Of a DNA stretch of 12,457 nucleotides, positions 7,363 through 12,457 are shown piece after piece. Within the stretch, counting starts at the first letter, position 1. Each line of letters opens with the position of its first letter. The translations under genes were made by a program, and so were the position numbers. The DNA is from a bacterium (GTDB lineage Bacteria > Bacillota > Clostridia > Christensenellales > Aristaeellaceae): assembly GCA_963624325.1 (NCBI GenBank), contig CAVFPH010000058.1:1-12457 (forward strand), given 5' to 3'. Under the pieces are notes generated by a model. It made no database searches and was not told the DNA's origin. It saw nothing but the letters and a program-made list of their open reading frames with translations.

Positions 7363-8862
7363 ATGGATTTAAATTCTGCTCTGCAGCAATTAGATCAATT
7401 ACAACGCAAAAAGCAAGCCTACGCCCATGCCATGGGTTTGCTTGATTACGACGGCATGACGGCAGCCCCCTCCGGAGCGGCCGAGAATCGAGCCGAGACA
7501 CTTGGCATTCTGGCCGAAGAAGTGTATAAGCTGTCTACCGGTAAAGAAACGATTGCTCTGCTGGATGAACTTCATGCGCATCTGGACGAATTGGATGATG
7601 TGCACCAGCGCGTTGTCAAGGTGATGTACAAAGATATCGATGAGACTCGCCGCATACCGATGGATGAGTATATTGCCTACCAGAAGTTGACCACAACATC
7701 CGACGCAGTCTGGCACACGGCGAAAGACAAGAACGATTACGCCTTGTTTATGCCTTATTTGGAACAATTGATCGCCCAGACGCAGCGTATCATGCACTAC
7801 ATTAAACCCGATCAGCCGGCGTATGATATACTGCTGGATCGTTTTGAAACCGGCCTCACACGTGAAAAATGTGACGCATTTTTCAATGTTGTTCGCAAGG
7901 AGCTGGTCCCGTTTATTCATCGTGTCAGTGCAGCCACTCAGGTGGATGACAGTCCCTTGCATGGCCATTTTCCGCTGGATAAGCAGCGGCAATTCAGCGA
8001 TTATTTGATGCAGGTGATCGGCCTGGATCGCGCACACTGCACAATTGCCGAAACCGAGCATCCCTTCACTACCGGCTTTACCAAATATGATGTCCGTATT
8101 ACCACTCATTATCTGGAAGATAATTTTGCTTCCTCCATGTTCAGTGTCATCCATGAAGGCGGTCATGCGCTGTATGAAACTCACACCATGGATAAGCTTG
8201 CCTATACTGTTTTAAACGGCGGTGCATCAATGGGCATCCACGAAAGCCAGTCACGCTTTTTTGAAAACATCATCGGGCGCAGCCGCGGCTTTATCCATCT
8301 GATCGCACCGAAGCTGCGTGAGCTCTTTCCGGAAACTGCGGCATACGATGATGAGATGCTGTATCGTGCCTTCAACCGTGCCGAGCCTTCCCTGATTCGT
8401 ACAGAGGCGGATGAATTAACCTATTGTCTTCATATTTTGATCCGCTATGAGTTGGAACAGAAACTCTTTGACGGCCAATTGAGCGTGCAGGAACTGCCTT
8501 CCGCATGGAACAAGCTTTACAAGGAGTATTTAGGTATTGACGTTCCAAGTGATCGGGACGGCGTGCTGCAGGACACGCACTGGGCAGATGCCTTGTTCGG
8601 ATATTTTCCTTCCTATGCTCTTGGTTCTGCTTATGGCGCGCATATGCTTCATGTGATGAAGCAAACCGTAGATGTAGACGCTGCGCTGGCAGGCGGTGAT
8701 CTTACGCCCATAAATGATTGGCTGTGTGCGCATATCTGGCAATACGGCGGATTATACGAGCCCGAGACGCTGCTTGCGAAAGCACTTGGCGAACCATTTG
8801 ACCCAATGTACTATGTTGCCTATTTAAAAAACAAGTTCAGTGAAATCTACAATCTAAAATGA
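7363..8862 (+). CDS. M32 metallo-carboxypeptidase (Taq/thermostable carboxypeptidase 1 family)
   Basis: All six M32 signature motifs are present in order: HPF (EHPFTTG), DxRxT (DVRITT), HExxH (HEGGHALYE), HESQ (IHESQSRF), IRxxAD (IRTEADELTY), and GxxQDxHW (GVLQDTHW). RBS AAGGAG lies 9 nt before the ATG. Confidence 0.93.
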   Translation: MDLNSALQQLDQLQRKKQAYAHAMGLLDYDGMTAAPSGAAENRAETLGILAEEVYKLSTGKETIALLDELHAHLDELDDVHQRVVKVMYKDIDETRRIPMDEYIAYQKLTTTSDAVWHTAKDKNDYALFMPYLEQLIAQTQRIMHYIKPDQPAYDILLDRFETGLTREKCDAFFNVVRKELVPFIHRVSAATQVDDSPLHGHFPLDKQRQFSDYLMQVIGLDRAHCTIAETEHPFTTGFTKYDVRITTHYLEDNFASSMFSVIHEGGHALYETHTMDKLAYTVLNGGASMGIHESQSRFFENIIGRSRGFIHLIAPKLRELFPETAAYDDEMLYRAFNRAEPSLIRTEADELTYCLHILIRYELEQKLFDGQLSVQELPSAWNKLYKEYLGIDVPSDRDGVLQDTHWADALFGYFPSYALGSAYGAHMLHVMKQTVDVDAALAGGDLTPINDWLCAHIWQYGGLYEPETLLAKALGEPFDPMYYVAYLKNKFSEIYNLK

Positions 8863-8865
8863 ATC

Positions 8866-8887
8866 GGAGCGGGATTTCTCCCGCTCC
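8866..8887 (+). terminator. GC-rich hairpin immediately after the M32 stop (weak or partial terminator)
   Basis: A 9-bp stem GGAGCGGGA/TCCCGCTCC with loop TTTC. There is no contiguous U-tract after it, so termination probably relies on the next hairpin. Confidence 0.4.
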
Positions 8888-8902
8888 ATGATCGATGATT
8901 TC

Positions 8903-8940
8903 AAAAGTGCGTGCTTCCGAAACAGAAAGCACGCACTTTT
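8903..8940. terminator. Bidirectional intrinsic terminator between convergent M32 and substrate-binding-protein genes
   Basis: A 14-bp stem AAAAGTGCGTGCTT (8903-8916) pairs with AAGCACGCACTTTT (8927-8940). The A-run and T-run at the stem ends supply a U-tract in both orientations. Confidence 0.75.
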
Positions 8941-8943
8941 CTA

Positions 8944-10821
8944 TTACTCATTGTTCTGGGCACTGGCGAGGTAAGCATTTTCGATAGCTTCAGCCCAGCC
9001 TACGCTTTCACTTACGTCGAAATTATGAAGATCCGAAGTAAAGTAGTCATTGTAAGTATTGGAGTAAACGGGAATTGCAGGCAATACTTCAGCATAGCGT
9101 TCCTGGAAAGCAATCCACTTTTCGCAATAGCCGTACAGATCACCCGGTTCGGTAGTGCTCATGTTTTTGGCCAGCTGATAAAGCTGCTCATCCTGGATAG
9201 CGGTACGATTGCTTATACCCTGTTCCGTATCCGCAGGCGAGAAGGTTTCAGAAGGGTCAAAGCACACATTAAAGTTCGTCGCAATGTAAATCATGTCACA
9301 TGTGCGTGCTTCCTGACGATAGTAGAGCTTCAGCAGTTCCTGCATAGGCATCGCCTCGAGCGTCAGCTTAATGCCGACCTGCGCAAGATTGTCAACCATG
9401 TTAGCCTGCAGAGCATCGGCAATGCTGTTTCCCTCGGGATAGACAAGTGTCAGCGTAAGCTTCACGATCTGATCATCCATCTGCTTCTCGCGGATGCCAT
9501 CGGCATTCAGCGTCCAGCCATCCTGCTCAAGCAGTTCTTTGGCCGCATCCAGATTCAATTCATAGACTGACATGCCGGCAAGGCTCAAACCGCTCCACTT
9601 GGATTTTTCGGCATCGTATGCCGTTTTTTCCTCGTCTGTGGCCGTTTTGCTTAGGCTCGCAACAGGCGCGGCTTTTGAACCGCTTACCAGCTGATAAACC
9701 CACTGGCCAACACCATAATAGCCGTCCACGCGCTGACCGTTGTCACCGACATAGCTGCTGACAAGTGCATCGCGGTCGGTGCAGTATGCAATCGCTTGGC
9801 GCACTGCCTGGCTGCTTACGGCACTGCTCTCGCAGCAGAAGCTGATCATGCTAAGGCCTGTACGCAGGTAGGAAACTTTCGCAAAATCATCAGAGAGCGC
9901 ATCGCCAGCATCCACTGCAACAGCGGCGGTTACCTTATTCAGCAGGTCAACCGATCCGTTCTCCAGTTCATCAATCATTGTATCATTGGTTACCGTTTTA
10001 AGCATGATATGTTCAATCGGCTTTGTTTTGCGGTCTGCCAATTTGTAATTGGTATTCAGATCAAGCTCTGCCTGGGTACCATCATAGGATGTAAGTGTAT
10101 ACATGCCGCTGACTACAGACGGATGCGACACGTAGCCCGTCTGCGCATCCAGAAGAGTGCTGCGCAACAATTCCGATGTGAAGCTGCCATCAATGTAGGC
10201 ACCATCACCATCATCCTTAACCTCACAGTCGGGAGCGATCACGCTGATCGGATACGGCGCATAGTCCAGCAAGCCCAATTCATAGAAAAACGGGCTGTTT
10301 TCTGCGCTGACGGTAATGAGCATATGGTAGTCATTCAGGATGCGTACACCTTTGAACGCTTTCTCGCCGTTTTTATAGTCTGCCGCGCCGAGAAGGTATG
10401 CCCCGCCATCAGCAGCACCGCCGATTTCCGCCATCTGCGCAGAAGCATCCAGCAGAATCGAGAAGGCATAATCATATGCCGTAATCGGCGTACCATCGGA
10501 ATAGCACAAGTCATCGGCAATTGTCAACGTGTAGGTACGGTTGCCGTCTTCATCCTCAGTTTTCAGCATCTGAGTAACTACGCGATCATTGATAACATAG
10601 CTGCCATCGTCGCTGCTCCACTTTACAAGGCGATAGCCGCCATGCAAAAGTGTCTGCACATCCAGATCGGAGGTGTTGCTGCCAAATGCGGTGGAGAAGA
10701 AGTTCCCGCTCATGGCCGTTGTAGAGCCGACAACCAGTTTGTTTTCCCGTCCGTCTGCCATTGCACCTACAGTACAGAACGCCAGCACCAGTGCAAGAAA
10801 ACATGCTATCAGTTTTTTCAT
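8944..10821 (-). CDS. ABC transporter substrate-binding protein, family 5 (peptide/nickel type), secreted
   Basis: 625 aa with an N-terminal signal peptide (MKKLIACFLALVLAFCTVGAMA). The family-5 signature-like block is RTYTLTIADDLCYSDGTPITAYDYAFSI (compare YTFxLRxGVKFxDGTPxTAxDVxFS). The size is typical of OppA/DppA-like proteins. RBS AAAGGAAG upstream. Confidence 0.8.
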   Translation of the reverse strand: MKKLIACFLALVLAFCTVGAMADGRENKLVVGSTTAMSGNFFSTAFGSNTSDLDVQTLLHGGYRLVKWSSDDGSYVINDRVVTQMLKTEDEDGNRTYTLTIADDLCYSDGTPITAYDYAFSILLDASAQMAEIGGAADGGAYLLGAADYKNGEKAFKGVRILNDYHMLITVSAENSPFFYELGLLDYAPYPISVIAPDCEVKDDGDGAYIDGSFTSELLRSTLLDAQTGYVSHPSVVSGMYTLTSYDGTQAELDLNTNYKLADRKTKPIEHIMLKTVTNDTMIDELENGSVDLLNKVTAAVAVDAGDALSDDFAKVSYLRTGLSMISFCCESSAVSSQAVRQAIAYCTDRDALVSSYVGDNGQRVDGYYGVGQWVYQLVSGSKAAPVASLSKTATDEEKTAYDAEKSKWSGLSLAGMSVYELNLDAAKELLEQDGWTLNADGIREKQMDDQIVKLTLTLVYPEGNSIADALQANMVDNLAQVGIKLTLEAMPMQELLKLYYRQEARTCDMIYIATNFNVCFDPSETFSPADTEQGISNRTAIQDEQLYQLAKNMSTTEPGDLYGYCEKWIAFQERYAEVLPAIPVYSNTYNDYFTSDLHNFDVSESVGWAEAIENAYLASAQNNE

Positions 10822-10879
10822 GGTTTTCTTCCTTTCTCTGTATCAGGCAAATGTCTTCAAATCTCTGTGAATCCTTTAT

Positions 10880-10919
10880 TCGGGGATCTCCCCCGACACG
10901 CATTGCTGCGTGCCGGGGG
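10880..10919 (-). other. Two mutually exclusive GC-rich RNA hairpins in the adhesin/SBP intergenic region
   Basis: On the transcribed (-) strand, CCCCCGGCACGC...GCGTGTCGGGGG forms a 12-bp stem (window 10890-10901 with 10908-10919). The same G-run can instead pair downstream as TCGGGG-gagat-CCCCGA (10880-10885 with 10891-10896). Neither hairpin is followed by a U-tract. Confidence 0.4.
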
Positions 10920-10927
10920 CAATCCGC

Positions 10928-12457
10928 TTATTCGAAGCATTCGCCGGCGTTCAGGCTAATCCTGATGCCAGATGTTGTATTGTCATCCTCGGGGACAATA
11001 ATCTCGCCATCCTCTACGTAGATGACCGTGATTTCCAATCCGCGGGAAGGCATCTTACCCTTCACTACTTCGATGCTGGGTGTATAGCCATCGATTTCGG
11101 GCGATGTCACCTCATACTCACTGTTGAACCAGTAAGTCCAAGTGTAATCCTCATGAGCCGTGCTGCCATCCTGATAGACGTAGTGAATTGTCAGACGGTA
11201 GGCAATGCGATGATAATACACATCTACTTCCACATCTTCAAGCGGCATAGTGCCGGTGATGTGTTTCTGTGTCTCGTCATCCAATGTGATGCCCTCGCGG
11301 TCAGGCGACTCGACATCGTAGGTCTGACCATAGTAGTAAGTTTCGGTGTAATCCGGGAAAGCTTCCTCCATCTCGGTTTCACGCTGCTTATGCTGCCAGT
11401 AATGGATCGTCAGCGTATAGCTCTGCAGGCTGTTGGTGATATCGCAGGTATCCGCCCCTTGCTCATAGGTGGTATCATAGCCGGTTACAGGCTCTTCTAC
11501 AACCCAGTAAGTATACTCGTTCTCCTGCGCATCATGTGCCGGCAGCTGTTTGAAGCTGTAGCTCCACTCGTCTTTTTCGGTTACAGAAGTGCTCTTATAA
11601 AGCTCTTCTCCACCATCGGTACCGGCCTTGCGCATCAGCTTCAGCGTAATGCTTTCGGGTCTGGTGCTGTAAGCATTTTCAGCGTCAATCCATATCTTCT
11701 TGCCGGACATGCTCTTCGCATCATCCACAGGGATCGGTACCTCGCCGGGATCCGTACCCTCGCTGCCGGTTACAACATTCTTCAGATTCTCGTTTCCAAG
11801 ATCATCTTCGGTAATCGTGTACTGTGCGTAAAGGATGATGTAGGTTCTGCCTTCTTCAGCTTCTTCGCCGTACTTTACAGGCTCAATCTTCGCGATGGTA
11901 GCAACCGTCTTATCTTCGGAGAGCGTGTAGCCGTCGCCGTTGATGAAGGCAGCACCATCCAAAGTCTCGGTAACCGCATAATCCGTCAAGGTGATATTGC
12001 CGATGTTTTCAACGGTGATCTTAAAGTTCACGGTTTCGCCAAGCTTGTACTTGTAATCTGCCGTGTGTCCGTCATCAGGCACAATCTCCTTGGTCAGCTT
12101 GGATGCGACATTCTTTTCTTCCGTCTCATCGGTGATCTCGTCATCGTCTTCGGGGGTCTTCGGGGTCTCCGGATTCTTCGGATCGGGGATGTCATCGCCC
12201 TTGGCCGTGACGTTGTTCACGACCTTGCCGGCCTCAATATCCTGCTCGGTCACGGTGTAGCTCGTGGTGAAGGTCTTCGTTTCGCCAACTGCCAGTGTTG
12301 CAATGGTCGTTTCAAACTTGGTCAGTTCATCAACAACCTTCACATTGGTGTACGGCACGTTGCCTTTGTTCTTGACGGTGATGGTGTAGTTGATGGTTTC
12401 GCCAAGCTTCACCATGCCGGTCTTGTCGGAGGTCTTGGTCACTGTCAGCGTGGTGTT
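10928..12457 (-). CDS. Large multi-domain cell-surface adhesin (5'-partial): 2x DUF11-type repeats, acidic/Pro linker, CnaB domain, 2x MucBP-like domains, with no recognisable anchor
   Basis: The reading frame stays open past the listed GTG to the window edge (…NTTLTVTKTSDK), so the N-terminus is outside the window. DUF11/B_ant-type repeats are marked by KLGETINYTITVKNKGNV and KLGETVNFKITVENIGNI. The CnaB pattern is KKIWIDAENAYSTRPESITLKL…WSYSFKQLP…YTYWVVEEPVTGY (nt ~11429-11710). Two MucBP-like modules are YTLTIHYWQ…VEVDVYY (nt ~11210-11422) and YRLTIHYVYQDG…LEITVIYV (nt ~11015-11200). The protein ends …SGIRISLNAGECFE with stop TAA (10930-10928). Confidence 0.85.
   Translation of the reverse strand, partial: NTTLTVTKTSDKTGMVKLGETINYTITVKNKGNVPYTNVKVVDELTKFETTIATLAVGETKTFTTSYTVTEQDIEAGKVVNNVTAKGDDIPDPKNPETPKTPEDDDEITDETEEKNVASKLTKEIVPDDGHTADYKYKLGETVNFKITVENIGNITLTDYAVTETLDGAAFINGDGYTLSEDKTVATIAKIEPVKYGEEAEEGRTYIILYAQYTITEDDLGNENLKNVVTGSEGTDPGEVPIPVDDAKSMSGKKIWIDAENAYSTRPESITLKLMRKAGTDGGEELYKSTSVTEKDEWSYSFKQLPAHDAQENEYTYWVVEEPVTGYDTTYEQGADTCDITNSLQSYTLTIHYWQHKQRETEMEEAFPDYTETYYYGQTYDVESPDREGITLDDETQKHITGTMPLEDVEVDVYYHRIAYRLTIHYVYQDGSTAHEDYTWTYWFNSEYEVTSPEIDGYTPSIEVVKGKMPSRGLEITVIYVEDGEIIVPEDDNTTSGIRISLNAGECFE

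Noticed and set aside
7399-8184. 261-aa - strand ORF antisense to the M32 carboxypeptidase gene
   Set aside because: It is a shadow ORF. The + strand carries all six M32 signature motifs in order.
8911-10959. Two long + strand ORFs (8911..9570, 219 aa; 9796..10959, 387 aa) opposite the substrate-binding-protein gene
   Set aside because: The - strand product has a signal peptide, an RBS and the family-5 signature. The + strand products are Cys/Arg/Ile-rich nonsense-like sequences without RBS. The first would begin inside a terminator hairpin.
12063-12260. 65-aa Ser-rich + strand ORF inside the adhesin gene
   Set aside because: It is the antisense of the acidic/Pro linker (GAA/GAC-rich coding gives a Ser/Val-rich complement). 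No start context.
1-12457. Looked for CRISPR-like spaced repeats, IS termini or transposase/integrase ORFs, tRNA/rRNA genes, and toxin-antitoxin or defence-like gene pairs
   Set aside because: None were found. The only DNA-level repeats are short codon-driven echoes inside the adhesin, such as GGTTTCGCCAAGCTT at ~12034 and ~12395, which encode KLGET of the DUF11 repeats. All sizeable ORFs are accounted for by housekeeping or surface-protein genes.

Overview
This 12.5-kb window looks like ordinary chromosome from a Firmicutes/Clostridia-type genome. The evidence is AGGAGG ribosome-binding sites, a T-box leader, and DUF11/CnaB/MucBP surface-protein domains. Ten protein-coding genes are supported. 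On the + strand: (1) a 5'-truncated HAD phosphatase fused to a MazG-like NTP pyrophosphohydrolase, (2) a DUF2804-like hypothetical protein, (3) glyA. On the - strand: (4) a monocistronic xylose-isomerase-like TIM-barrel sugar-phosphate isomerase/epimerase. On the + strand again: a consensus sigma-A promoter and a complete Cys-specific T-box riboswitch, followed by the tightly packed genes (5) cysE, (6) cysS, (7) a small ComEA-like helix-hairpin-helix protein and (8) an M32 carboxypeptidase. On the - strand: (9) a family-5 (peptide/nickel type) ABC substrate-binding protein and (10) a large surface adhesin that runs off the 3' window edge, so its N-terminus is outside the window. I see no rRNA or tRNA gene, CRISPR array, transposase, integrase, or recognisable defence or toxin module. 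I do not find convincing evidence for a wholly new multi-gene system. The items most worth a second look are the HAD::MazG fusion next to DUF2804 and glyA, the four-cysteine C-terminal tail on CysE inside a Cys-T-box operon, the apparent extension of that operon into ComEA-like and M32 genes, the adhesin that lacks any sorting signal and ends in ...SLNAGECFE, and a pair of mutually exclusive GC-rich hairpins between the adhesin and the binding-protein gene. All family assignments come from motif recognition by eye. No searches were run.
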